Source: Bifidobacterium breve
GTDB taxonomy: Bacteria > Actinomycetota > Actinomycetes > S36-B12
Length of the DNA: 47,454 bases
Direction: 5' to 3'
Assembly (NCBI GenBank): GCA_945861925.1
Contig: CAMAWO010000002.1
Location: 1 to 47,454 of the forward strand
Shown here piece after piece: positions 27,332 through 36,442 of this stretch. The notes beneath the pieces were generated by a model. It was not told the origin of the DNA. It was given only the letters and a program-made list of their open reading frames with translations, and ran no database searches. The position numbers and the translations under genes are program-made. Positions within the stretch are counted from its first letter, which is position 1; each line of letters starts with the position of its first letter.

Positions 27332-27343
27332 GGGGGACGGGGG

Positions 27344-27898
27344 TTAGCCGCCGTAGACGTGTTTCGCTAGCGTTCCTACGCAGCGTAGGTTGCGGTACTG
27401 CTGGTCATAGTCGAGCCCGTACCCAACCACGAATTCATTCGGAATGTCGAAGCCGACGTACTTCGGCGAGACCTGCACCTTCATCGCCTCAGGCTTGCGC
27501 AGCAGCGTGAACACCTCGACCGACGCCGGTCCTCGGGAGGAGAGGTTCGTCATGAGCCACGACAGCGTAAGTCCTGAGTCGAGGATATCCTCGACGAGGA
27601 GGACATTGCGGCCCGCGAGATCGCAGTCGAGGTCCTTGAGGATCCGTACGACCCCACTCGACTTCGTGCCGGAACCGTACGACGACACCGCCATCCAGTC
27701 CATCTCTGAACTGCGACCGAGCGCACGGGCCAGATCAGCCATGATCATGATGGCGCCCTTGAGCACACCCACGAGGAGCAGATCCCGGCCCTCGTAGTCT
27801 TGGTCAATCTGCTTGGCCACCTCACCGATTCGCTCGAGGATCTGCTCCTCGGTGAGGAGCACGTGATCAAGATCGCCATCAATGTCTTCAGGTCGCAA
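27344..27898 (-). CDS. hpt: hypoxanthine phosphoribosyltransferase
   Basis: PRPP-binding motif [14 protein letters not shown] and C-terminal VGYGLDY. Confidence 0.92.
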   Translation of the reverse strand: MRPEDIDGDLDHVLLTEEQILERIGEVAKQIDQDYEGRDLLLVGVLKGAIMIMADLARALGRSSEMDWMAVSSYGSGTKSSGVVRILKDLDCDLAGRNVLLVEDILDSGLTLSWLMTNLSSRGPASVEVFTLLRKPEAMKVQVSPKYVGFDIPNEFVVGYGLDYDQQYRNLRCVGTLAKHVYGG

Positions 27899-27901
27899 GG
27901 C

Positions 27902-28918
27902 CTACTCCTGGGTCGGTGGGACGTCGGGTGCACGCAAACGTGGCGCTTTTTGCGCGACGCTAACCCATCCTCCTGCACGGCTCACCGTGATTCCACCCGG
28001 AAGGCTTGTCGGGCCCTGACCGCTCCACTCCGAGACCATCCGGTCGACCGTCACCACGTGGTCGTGCGACAGGTCCCCGGCCGGGCTGCCGGCCTCAATG
28101 CACATGCGCCGCAGCACCCGAGTCCGAACCGCCCGGGGCAGGGCTGCCAGGACGGCTACCTCAATACGTCCGTCCGAAGCCCACCGGTCGCCCTCTCGCT
28201 GGGCCCAATCATCGAGGGCATCGGCATCGTCACGCAGGAGCGAGGCCGAACGTGCGAGCCCTCCGACGATCCCGGGGCCGAGCGCACGTGCGAGCGTGTC
28301 CATCGACTCGCGCACCCGTACCCGTGCGAAGCGGGCATCAGCATTATGCGGATCGATCCAGGGCGTCTCGCCAACGGACACCAAGGCTTCTCGCGCCGAG
28401 GCATGCACAACAGCGCGCGACAGTTCCAGCAGCGGCCTGCGCCAAAGGCCGCTCCGAGGCGCCATCGCTGCCAGCGAACGCGCTCCGGACCCGCGCGCGA
28501 GCCGCAGAAGCACTGTCTCGGCCTGATCTTCCAACGTGTGACCAAGAAGCACGGCCACCGCACCTGAGCTCTGGGCCTCACTGAGCAGACCCTCGTAGCG
28601 GGCATCGCGTGCGGCCGCCTCAGGCCCACCCTGCGAGCCGACACTCACGGATCGAACCGCCACCGGAGCGAGTCCAAGCGTTCTGCACACCCCCGCCGCC
28701 CAACCGGCAACCTCACCGGAGCCAGGCTGCAGCCGATGATCGATGACGACACCACCCGCTCGCCATCCAACCCGTGGCGCCACGAACGCCGTCGCCGCGG
28801 CCAATGCCAGCGAGTCAGCCCCACCCGAGCAGGCAACGAGGACGAGTTCCCCCGGCTCGACATCGGCGAGGGCTCGACGTACCGCATCGCGAACTGCCAG
28901 CGTCGCTCGCTCCGCCAC
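27902..28918 (-). CDS. tilS: tRNA(Ile)-lysidine synthetase
   Basis: PP-loop motif VACSGGADSLALA. Position directly upstream of hpt. Confidence 0.88.
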   Translation of the reverse strand: MAERATLAVRDAVRRALADVEPGELVLVACSGGADSLALAAATAFVAPRVGWRAGGVVIDHRLQPGSGEVAGWAAGVCRTLGLAPVAVRSVSVGSQGGPEAAARDARYEGLLSEAQSSGAVAVLLGHTLEDQAETVLLRLARGSGARSLAAMAPRSGLWRRPLLELSRAVVHASAREALVSVGETPWIDPHNADARFARVRVRESMDTLARALGPGIVGGLARSASLLRDDADALDDWAQREGDRWASDGRIEVAVLAALPRAVRTRVLRRMCIEAGSPAGDLSHDHVVTVDRMVSEWSGQGPTSLPGGITVSRAGGWVSVAQKAPRLRAPDVPPTQE

Positions 28919-28924
28919 CGGCGA

Positions 28925-29962
28925 TCAGCCGGCCATTCGAGCGAGCCACAACTCCGGTGCCTTGATTTCGGCGCGGCTCGGCAGCGACTCCGGAGACGTC
29001 CAGATTTCGTTGAAGCCGCTCATCCCCACTGACTCGACCACCGTCCGGACGAAATCAGCCCCCTCGGTGTACTGCCGAAGCTTGACGTCCATCCCGAGCA
29101 CCTTGCGCGCAACCGAATCAATGGGCGACGGATTGGAGCGTCGCTTGGTGAACCGCTCCCGAATCAGCGCGACGCTCGGGATCACCTCCGGTCCCACCTC
29201 ATCCATGACGACATCGGCGTGGCCCTCGAGGAGCGACATGAGGCCGGTCATGCGATCGAACACCGCTCGCTGAGCTGGGCTCTGGATCGCCTCCACGAGC
29301 GGTTCCCTCGGCCCCCCACTCGGGCCTACGACACCCTTCACCACTTGGGTGAGGCTCTTGAGTACCTCACCAAACCCGAGTTCGGACGCTCCGACGAAAT
29401 CACCGACGAGGGAGGCGAGATAGTCGGCGAGCCACGGGACAGCGCCAAATTGCACCCGGTGGGTCTCCTCATGCAGGCACACCCACAGCCGGAAGTCACG
29501 CGAGGGGACCTGCAGTTGCTGCTCGACATGCACGATGGTCGGGGCGACGAGGAGGAGCCGGCCCTGCTCCCCCGGATCAGTGAAGACCTCGTACTGGCCG
29601 AGGACCTTGCCGGAGAGCCAGGCGAGTACCGCGCCGATTTGTAGCGCCGTTCCGCGGGATCCGAAGTCTCGGACGAAGACCGGTGGCTCGCGGCCATCGA
29701 CCCGGTCGAGGAGGGGGCCCATCGCGACACGCATCCCGGTGACGTTCGAAGCTATCCAGGCCGGACGATCGACGACGGCCGCTCGCCCGTCGCCGGGAAC
29801 CTCCAACCCGGTGACGCGACGGACTGCTTCGACTGCCTCCGAAGACAGGTCGCGCAGCATCGCGACCGCCTCGCGTGCCTGCACCCTCGAAAGTTCCGGT
29901 CCCTTCGGTGCCAGGCGCGTTGCAGTACTGACCGCCAGGCTCCAATCGACTGATTCGCCCAT
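28925..29962 (-). CDS. zinc-dependent metalloprotease (HExxH; Rv3626c-like family)
   Basis: LHEETHRVQF zinc motif. Conserved position between dacB and tilS in actinobacteria (recalled synteny). Confidence 0.75.
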   Translation of the reverse strand: MGESVDWSLAVSTATRLAPKGPELSRVQAREAVAMLRDLSSEAVEAVRRVTGLEVPGDGRAAVVDRPAWIASNVTGMRVAMGPLLDRVDGREPPVFVRDFGSRGTALQIGAVLAWLSGKVLGQYEVFTDPGEQGRLLLVAPTIVHVEQQLQVPSRDFRLWVCLHEETHRVQFGAVPWLADYLASLVGDFVGASELGFGEVLKSLTQVVKGVVGPSGGPREPLVEAIQSPAQRAVFDRMTGLMSLLEGHADVVMDEVGPEVIPSVALIRERFTKRRSNPSPIDSVARKVLGMDVKLRQYTEGADFVRTVVESVGMSGFNEIWTSPESLPSRAEIKAPELWLARMAG

Positions 29963-29965
29963 GGG

Positions 29966-31009
29966 TCAGCGGGGGTTGGCCGGGGAGTCGGGCGCGGGCG
30001 GTCTGCAGGCGACAGCCCTCGCGTCACCGTGGAGGTTCCAGGTCCCGGCCGCGAACGGGATAAGAGCGACGTCGCCGCGCGCCACCTCAATGGATGCCTC
30101 ATCCGAGTGGATGATGCCGCTGCCCTCAAGAATAAGGACGACGGAGAACCCAGCCTCGACCTCTACGGGGCCCGCACTCGTATCGATGCGGTGCGCCCGG
30201 AAGTAGGAGTCGGCCTGCGGCGGCATGACCGATGTCAGGCCGGCCCCCTCGATCTGCTCCTTGGTAAGAACGAGACGGTCGAGGTCGGCATCAGACACAG
30301 CACTTCGGTCGACCGCTTGCAGCGCCGTCTCAAATCCAAGGTCGAGGTGACCGTCCTTCACACCATCCACCGCGAAGTCCTGCCATTCGAGGAGGATCGA
30401 CAGATCGGTCGGCTCCTGAAGTTCGAGGACGAACACCCCCGACTGCACGGTGTGGGGAAGGCCCGCCGGAACAAGCATGGCGTCGCCCGGACGCACCACC
30501 TTGGTTCGCAGGGCTCCCAGAAGCGCCTCACTATCGCGGTCGCGAACCCAGTCGCTCACCTGCTCGAGGGACATCGTCTCCTTGAAGCCGACGCCGACCT
30601 CGGCACCCTCGGGCGCATCGAGCACGTACCAAGCCTCAGTCTTGCCGTGCGCAAGCCCGAGGTGGGCTCGGGAGAACTCGCGATTCGGATGCAGGTGGAC
30701 GGGGAGTCGCTGGTCGAGGTCAAGGAGTTTGATGAGGACCTCGGTGCTCGTGCCGTAGCGGGCAACATGATCTGGGCCGAGCCATGCGGCCGGATTCTCG
30801 TCTATCGCCTCGATGAGAAGTCGCCCGTCCGGCAGTCGACTGAATCCCTGGGGAGCCTGTCCGAAGCGCGACGTCGTCGAACCGATCCACTCCTCGGGCC
30901 GCTGAGGACCGCCCGGCCCACGCCGCAGCGCTCCGATGCGATTACCACCGCGGTAGTAGTGGTCGAACTGGTTCACCGGCAGCAGGACCGGAGCGGCGGA
31001 GTTAGCCAT
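29966..31009 (-). CDS. class I mannose-6-phosphate isomerase-like cupin protein
   Basis: KLLDLDQRLPVHLHPN and HGKTEAWYVLDA resemble type I PMI zinc-site motifs. Start at ATG 31009 (MANSAAP), giving an ATGA overlap with the dacB stop. Confidence 0.65.
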   Translation of the reverse strand: MANSAAPVLLPVNQFDHYYRGGNRIGALRRGPGGPQRPEEWIGSTTSRFGQAPQGFSRLPDGRLLIEAIDENPAAWLGPDHVARYGTSTEVLIKLLDLDQRLPVHLHPNREFSRAHLGLAHGKTEAWYVLDAPEGAEVGVGFKETMSLEQVSDWVRDRDSEALLGALRTKVVRPGDAMLVPAGLPHTVQSGVFVLELQEPTDLSILLEWQDFAVDGVKDGHLDLGFETALQAVDRSAVSDADLDRLVLTKEQIEGAGLTSVMPPQADSYFRAHRIDTSAGPVEVEAGFSVVLILEGSGIIHSDEASIEVARGDVALIPFAAGTWNLHGDARAVACRPPAPDSPANPR

Positions 31010-32394
31010 CAAGAACACCCACATTTCGCTAATCGGGAGGCAAACTGGTCGAGCTTTTCACGGGCCACTTCGAGTGAGGGCACGTCGTTGGCAAGGACGG
31101 CGAACACCAGGACACGTCCGTCGACATCCTTGACGGTACCCGCGAGACCCACGACACCGCTGAGCGTGCCTGTCTTCGCCCGGACGTAGCCGGCAGCATC
31201 CGCGGTGAGGCCGGTTGCGAAGCGATCCGACAGGGTTCCGGTAAAGCCAGCAACCGGCAGCCCGGAGCCGATGGGCCATAGCGCCGGATCGGACTGCCTC
31301 GACACGGCTACCAGAAGTTGAGCGAGGGCGATCGGTGGAACCTTGTCACGCCCAGATAGTCCGCTCCCATCGACGACGGACAGGCCGTCGACGGCGATCC
31401 CAAGTTTCGCCGCGGACTCCTGAACCGCTTTAGCGCCCGAGGCGAAGGTGAACTTGCCATTGGCCCGCCCACCGATCAGGTGACCGAGCGACTCAGCGAG
31501 GTCGTTCTCCGAGTCGGTCAGCATCCGCTCGACAAGATCTCGAATCGTCGGCGACTCAACCCTGCCGACCTCCTTTGCGCCCTCCGGCGCCGTCCCCTTG
31601 CCAACCATCGTGACGGTGAGGCCACGCTTCTTGAGCAGCCCGGCAAGAACCTGCGCGGCCTGGCGCGCGGGATTTTCGACCCTCGAGTCTGCCCCCGGAC
31701 GCACCCGCCCCTGATCGACCATGAGTGCCGTCACAGGTGCCACGACACCGTCGAGGGGGAAGGACGACGGCCAGCCGGGAGCGAGGACCGGGCCGGTGAA
31801 GAGTGAGTCGTCGTATTGCAGGTCAACAGCATTCGCTGCGACGTTTTGCTCAACCTGGTCGGCGAGCGACTCAAGGGTCGCCGCTTCGACACCGGGTTCC
31901 ATCTTGCGCGTCAGCGTTGCGTCGCCGCCCCCTACAACGGTAAGCGTCGTGTCCTTCAAGAGGACCACCGTCGCTAGTCGCTCGCTCGGGTCAAGGACGG
32001 AAAGGGCCGCGCTCGCGGTGAGCAACTTTATGGTCGATGCCGGGGTGCGCGGCCGTCCCGCGCGGACGTCAAGCAGGACCTGCTCGGTCGCCGGATCAAT
32101 GACAACCGCGCTGAACTGCCCAAGGGTGTTTGCCTTGAGCAGCGGAGTCACCGCCCTTTGGATGCCCGTAGCTGTTGGAGCGGGGGCGGTCGAGTTGGCC
32201 ACCGCCGTTGGTGTGAGAACGATCGGAGCTGGCGATGCAGGGGGACTGGACCCCGGTGCAACGACATTGTCAACGGACGCGGCCGGCTCGATGGACGCGA
32301 ACATAAGGGCGAGCACGATGACCGAGCCCAGGCCTCCCGCTCGTCGAACAGCGCTGAACCGGCGACCATGACCTCGCCGTCCTTGAACCCGCAC
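31009..32394 (-). CDS. dacB: D-alanyl-D-alanine carboxypeptidase/endopeptidase (PBP4, peptidase S13)
   Basis: Signal/TM segment, active-site SxxK in PASTIKLLTA, and C-terminal KTGTLSGV (KTG motif). Confidence 0.85.
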   Translation of the reverse strand: MRVQGRRGHGRRFSAVRRAGGLGSVIVLALMFASIEPAASVDNVVAPGSSPPASPAPIVLTPTAVANSTAPAPTATGIQRAVTPLLKANTLGQFSAVVIDPATEQVLLDVRAGRPRTPASTIKLLTASAALSVLDPSERLATVVLLKDTTLTVVGGGDATLTRKMEPGVEAATLESLADQVEQNVAANAVDLQYDDSLFTGPVLAPGWPSSFPLDGVVAPVTALMVDQGRVRPGADSRVENPARQAAQVLAGLLKKRGLTVTMVGKGTAPEGAKEVGRVESPTIRDLVERMLTDSENDLAESLGHLIGGRANGKFTFASGAKAVQESAAKLGIAVDGLSVVDGSGLSGRDKVPPIALAQLLVAVSRQSDPALWPIGSGLPVAGFTGTLSDRFATGLTADAAGYVRAKTGTLSGVVGLAGTVKDVDGRVLVFAVLANDVPSLEVAREKLDQFASRLAKCGCS

Positions 32395-32441
32395 CCGGTG
32401 TCCCCTCTCGCTTTAATCCCTCATGGTGAAGACTAGCCACC

Positions 32442-32948
32442 ATGACCCCCTTGGACTTTGACGTCACCATCGAGATCCCCGCGGGAAGCCGCAACAAGTA
32501 TGAGATGGATCATGCGACCGGACGGATCCGTCTGGATCGCATGCTCTTCACCTCGACCCGGTACCCCCATGACTACGGCTTCATTGAGAACTCGCTCGGC
32601 CTCGATGGTGATCCGCTCGACGCTCTCGTCCTCACCCAGGAACCCACGTTTCCCGGCGTCCTCATCCGCTGTCGCACCGTGGGCATGTTCCGCATGACCG
32701 ATGAGGCTGGTGGCGACGACAAGGTGCTCTGCGTGCCGGCTGGCGATCCCCGCATGGAGCATCTGCGCGACATCCATCACGTGCCCGAATTCGACCGCAT
32801 GGAGATCCAGCACTTCTTCGAGGTCTATAAGGAACTCGAGCCGGGCAAGAGTGTCGAGGGAGCCACATGGGCCGGCCGGGCCGACGCAGAGGCCGAGATT
32901 CACGCCTCCTGGGCCAGGTTCACCGATGGGGCCGGCACACACGACTGA
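32442..32948 (+). CDS. ppa: inorganic pyrophosphatase (family I)
   Basis: [12 protein letters not shown] and [10 protein letters not shown] motifs. Confidence 0.95.
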   Translation: MTPLDFDVTIEIPAGSRNKYEMDHATGRIRLDRMLFTSTRYPHDYGFIENSLGLDGDPLDALVLTQEPTFPGVLIRCRTVGMFRMTDEAGGDDKVLCVPAGDPRMEHLRDIHHVPEFDRMEIQHFFEVYKELEPGKSVEGATWAGRADAEAEIHASWARFTDGAGTHD

Positions 32949-32952
32949 TCCT

Positions 32953-34011
32953 CTATGTCTCCACGGTGGTGAGGGCGTCCTCGACGACCTCGGTTCGGTG
33001 CAGGTAGGTCCCGACGAAAGCCTTCACCGTTGCGGCGAGCGGCAGGGCAAGCAGCGCCCCGATTGGTCCGAGGATCGCACTGCCCGCCAAGACGGATAGA
33101 AATGACACTGCAGTGTTCAACTCCATCGCTTTCGCGGAGACCCGAGGCTCGATCGTCAGATTCTCGACCTGCTGGTACGCCAGGATGAAAGCAAGCGTGC
33201 CGACACCTTGAAGTGGAGACTGCGCGAACGCTAGGACGACCGGGAGTAGGCCACCGAGATAGGTACCAATCGTCGGCACGAAGGCAGAGACAATCCCAGT
33301 GAAGGCACCGAGAACGAGTGCATTATCGACCCGGATGATGAACAGGAAGACTGTCGTTGCGGTGCCGCAGACGACGGCGAGGATGGATCGCGACACCAGA
33401 TAACTTGAGGTCTTGTCGATGGCCACCTCCCACACTGCGAGGAGTTCCCGCTGACGGGCCTGCGGGAACAGTGAGCAGACACTTCGTCGGAACCTCGGCC
33501 CGTCCGCGACAAGGTAGAAGGTGACGAGGAGAACGGTGAGCGACCCGAGGATGAAAGCAAGGAAGGAATCCACGATGCCCAGAACACTGTTCGCGATGGC
33601 CTGAATCGCGACATCCCAGTACTCGCTGATGAGGGTGCTCGGCTCCGGCAGTGTGATCCCGAAGGACGAGTCGACGAGGCCGCGAATGGCGTCGTAGAGG
33701 GCTGGCACCTCCCTCGCAAGGTTGATCACCTGCGTGATGAGCATGTTGCCGAAGAGCCCCACAAACCCTGCAATAACGAGGAACGCCACGAGGTAGATAA
33801 GCAACGTGGCCCGCGAACGCTTCCAGCCACGCGCGCTGAGTCTGTTGACCGTCGGTTCAATAGCGAAGGCAAGGAAGAAGCAGATCGCCACAGTGATCAT
33901 CAAGTCGGTGAGACGGGACGCCACGTACCACAGGCAGATGCTCAATGACACCGCGAAGATCACGTACCAGACACCCTTGATGAACCAAGGGGGAATGCGT
34001 GTGATGTCCAC
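32953..34011 (-). CDS. AI-2E family transporter (PerM/UPF0118)
   Basis: 352-aa polytopic membrane protein with the typical AI-2E layout (multiple TM segments, C-terminal ILGPIGALLALPLAA). Confidence 0.8.
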   Translation of the reverse strand: MDITRIPPWFIKGVWYVIFAVSLSICLWYVASRLTDLMITVAICFFLAFAIEPTVNRLSARGWKRSRATLLIYLVAFLVIAGFVGLFGNMLITQVINLAREVPALYDAIRGLVDSSFGITLPEPSTLISEYWDVAIQAIANSVLGIVDSFLAFILGSLTVLLVTFYLVADGPRFRRSVCSLFPQARQRELLAVWEVAIDKTSSYLVSRSILAVVCGTATTVFLFIIRVDNALVLGAFTGIVSAFVPTIGTYLGGLLPVVLAFAQSPLQGVGTLAFILAYQQVENLTIEPRVSAKAMELNTAVSFLSVLAGSAILGPIGALLALPLAATVKAFVGTYLHRTEVVEDALTTVET

Positions 34012-34031
34012 CCCTCAAGCGTACGTGCAGG

Positions 34032-35219
34032 TCAGGATGAAGGAGTCGCCGAACTGTCCCCCGTCGAGACGGTTACTTTCAGGGGAATGAATGTTTGAAC
34101 ACGGATTGGCTCCGGCATTGGCGTCAATCCGAAGGTCTCGAGAGAGCCTTGACCGGCGAGCCGTACGACATATTGCGCGAACGAAAGCGGCAGCACCTCA
34201 GCGGGATCATCGCAAATGAGCAGGTGGCCGTACCCCAGAACCGGCCAACCGATGAATGCCTGATCCTCGCCCAGGACGATCTTCGACGACGCAATGTCGA
34301 AGTTGCCCTCGATCGGGACGCCACCGATTGCCGGGCTGGCGAGGATGTTCCCCCTGTCGTCGGTGGTGATCGTCGTTGCTCCAGAGCCAACCTTGTAGAG
34401 CTGAACATCATCCGAGGTCACGACAACCTCGGTATCCGTTCCATCTTCCGCTATGACGATTACTGGCAGGTTCGCCACGGCAAGCACGTTGTTCTGCGCT
34501 TGGAAGATGGGGAGTACCGCGATCGCACCTTCAATGATGGTGAGTTCCCCGATGAGGTCGGTGACGCTCGGGAACTTTTGTCCGGCCTCCAGTGTGCCAA
34601 CAGTCCCGGCGCTCCATGCATCGGGCGCCAACTGGGAAGTCCAAGTCGTCATTGCCTCCACGGACCCTTGCGGGGATTCCACCGACATCAGGCTGATCGG
34701 CGGGAGGGCGCTTAGGTCAAAATCTGCGTTCGCCTCCGCGAGAATAGGGTCCTCCCAGGAGGTCACGGTGCCGCTCAGGATCCCTGCCACTGCCTCCGGG
34801 GTCATGACGAGGCCTTCGAGCCCAGGAACGTTATAGGCCATGCTCACCGGGTATCCGAATGCTGGCACAACGATGGTTTGGCCGGCGGCGCAGTTGGCGG
34901 TTCCGAAGGACGTGATGTCGGCCGGGGTCGGAGTGCGGTCGACGAGGGCTAGCGGCGCACTCTGTTCGGAAGTGACTTCGACAATCGTCTGGTCGGGACA
35001 GATCGACGTCAGAGCGTCACCGACAGCGCTCATGGAGCCGGCAAATGTCTCGGCTACGCCGATCTCAAGGGATCCGGGTGCGCAGACAATCTGCGATTCC
35101 GCCCGGGCCGCAAGAACGTCGGGGGGCATCGGTGGAGTGCAGGCTGCAATGAGCATCACTGCAAGAGGAACGAGGACGATGCCCCGGGTTCGCACAGACA
35201 TCCGGGGCATCGTCCTCAT
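34032..35219 (-). CDS. PstS-like periplasmic-binding-fold lipoprotein (divergent paralogue)
   Basis: Lipobox LIAAC. VAGILSGTVTSWEDPILAEANADF mirrors the PstS block IFSGVITTWNHPEIIKDNP. The phosphate-binding SDSSGTT block is replaced by VESPQGSVEAM. Confidence 0.6.
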   Translation of the reverse strand: MRTMPRMSVRTRGIVLVPLAVMLIAACTPPMPPDVLAARAESQIVCAPGSLEIGVAETFAGSMSAVGDALTSICPDQTIVEVTSEQSAPLALVDRTPTPADITSFGTANCAAGQTIVVPAFGYPVSMAYNVPGLEGLVMTPEAVAGILSGTVTSWEDPILAEANADFDLSALPPISLMSVESPQGSVEAMTTWTSQLAPDAWSAGTVGTLEAGQKFPSVTDLIGELTIIEGAIAVLPIFQAQNNVLAVANLPVIVIAEDGTDTEVVVTSDDVQLYKVGSGATTITTDDRGNILASPAIGGVPIEGNFDIASSKIVLGEDQAFIGWPVLGYGHLLICDDPAEVLPLSFAQYVVRLAGQGSLETFGLTPMPEPIRVQTFIPLKVTVSTGDSSATPSS

Positions 35220-35258
35220 CCTTACTTCGAGTGAGCGTTCTTAACGTTCAGAGTGCGA

Positions 35259-36314
35259 CTACTTGATCTTGGCGACGAGTTCCTTCGCCTTGGCCAGGAC
35301 CTTGCCCGCCACCGGCACGTAGCCGAGGGACGCAGCACGTGCGGGTCCGCACTTTTGGATCACGTAGTCCTGGAACTGACGGACACCGAGGCCATTGGCC
35401 CCCGAGCCATCCGTACGAGCCAGACCGTAGCTGAAGATCGACATCGGGTACGCGCCGGATACCGCGACCTTGTAGTCGAGCTGGACGAGGCCACGGGCGT
35501 CAATGTTGGTCTGATTGGCGAGGTTCTTCGCCGCTGAGGCCGACGAAGGCGCGATGAATTCGCCCTCCGCGTTCTGAATCCGCGCTGAAGGGTAGCCCTT
35601 GGCATCGCCGAGATCGACGTAACCAACAGTGCCCTCCTTGGCGAGAACGTTCGCCATGACACCCGAGTTGCCCTTGCCAGCTACCGAGTTTACCGGGGGC
35701 TTACCACCGGGGAAGGCGGTCGTCATGTCGTCTTGCACCTTCGGCCAAATCGTCGGAGCCCACGCATTGAGGTACTGAAGGAAGTTGTTCGTGGTGCCCG
35801 AACTGTCAGAGCGGTAGGCAATGGTGATGGGAGTTGCCGGAAGTGCCGCTGAAATACGCGGGTTGTCCTTGATGATCTCCGGGTGATTCCAGGTCGTGAT
35901 GACACCGGAGAAGATCTTCGCGAGGGTGACCTGCTTGAGCTGGATCGAGGAGCCGAGGGTCCGACCGGTCGTCGCGTTCTTCAGGTTGATCGGGGCGGTG
36001 ATTGCGCCACCGATGTTGGGGATGTACTCCCAGTCGAAGGAGGGCTCTCCTGATGAGTATTTCGAGTCCGTTTGGGCGAATACGAAGGTACCCTTGGTGA
36101 AATTGCCCTTGCCGGTGCCCGAGCCTGTAGATGTGTACTGAATCGTGAAGTTGCTCTGCGACGCATTGAAGTCTGCAGCGCACTGAGACATGAACACGTA
36201 TGGGAACGATGCACCGCCACCGGCGATGCTGTTGGCTGCGCTGGCCGGGGCGGCCAGGGCAACCGCTGAAGTTGCGAGAACGCTGCTAGCGACTATCGCG
36301 AGAATGCGACGCAC
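35259..36314 (-). CDS. pstS: phosphate ABC transporter substrate-binding protein
   Basis: YTSTGSGTGKG and AYRSDSSGTTNNFLQYL phosphate-binding blocks. Start at GTG 36314, preceded by AAAGGAG. The signal peptide ends ...APASA and has no lipobox cysteine. Confidence 0.88.
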   Translation of the reverse strand: MRRILAIVASSVLATSAVALAAPASAANSIAGGGASFPYVFMSQCAADFNASQSNFTIQYTSTGSGTGKGNFTKGTFVFAQTDSKYSSGEPSFDWEYIPNIGGAITAPINLKNATTGRTLGSSIQLKQVTLAKIFSGVITTWNHPEIIKDNPRISAALPATPITIAYRSDSSGTTNNFLQYLNAWAPTIWPKVQDDMTTAFPGGKPPVNSVAGKGNSGVMANVLAKEGTVGYVDLGDAKGYPSARIQNAEGEFIAPSSASAAKNLANQTNIDARGLVQLDYKVAVSGAYPMSIFSYGLARTDGSGANGLGVRQFQDYVIQKCGPARAASLGYVPVAGKVLAKAKELVAKIK

Positions 36315-36406
36315 GGTATCTCCTTTGTCATGGACGTTGCTTACAGACAAGAACCTACGAGCCGCTTCTTTACGATCGGGGTTGTTCTGGTGATGCTCTG
36401 TCGACG

Positions 36407-36436
36407 CCTCGGTGAACAACTGGGGCCGAGATGAAC
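36407..36436 (-). promoter_or_regulatory. two PHO-box-like units (GTTCATCTCGG and GTTCACCGAGG on the minus strand) upstream of pstS
   Basis: Read directly. They share the GTTCAyC core with the repeats upstream of pstC. However, spacing is 19 nt rather than the canonical 11 or 22. Confidence 0.3.
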
Positions 36437-36442
36437 GGCTGG

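Noticed and set aside
30029-31189. 386-aa plus-strand ORF
   Set aside because: It is antisense to the PMI-like gene and the dacB 3' end. It has no motifs and is a high-GC artefact.
32946-32955. Convergent ppa and AI-2E transporter stops only 4 nt apart, with no room for terminators
   Set aside because: This is noted as a curiosity. Overlapping 3' UTRs of convergent genes are common in compact actinobacterial genomes, and nothing further can be inferred from sequence alone.
35231-35255. GTTC...GTTCA pair between pstS and the pstS-like gene as another PHO box
   Set aside because: The motifs are on the opposite strand relative to the downstream gene and are spaced 10 nt apart. The 39-nt gap is more consistent with read-through from pstS.
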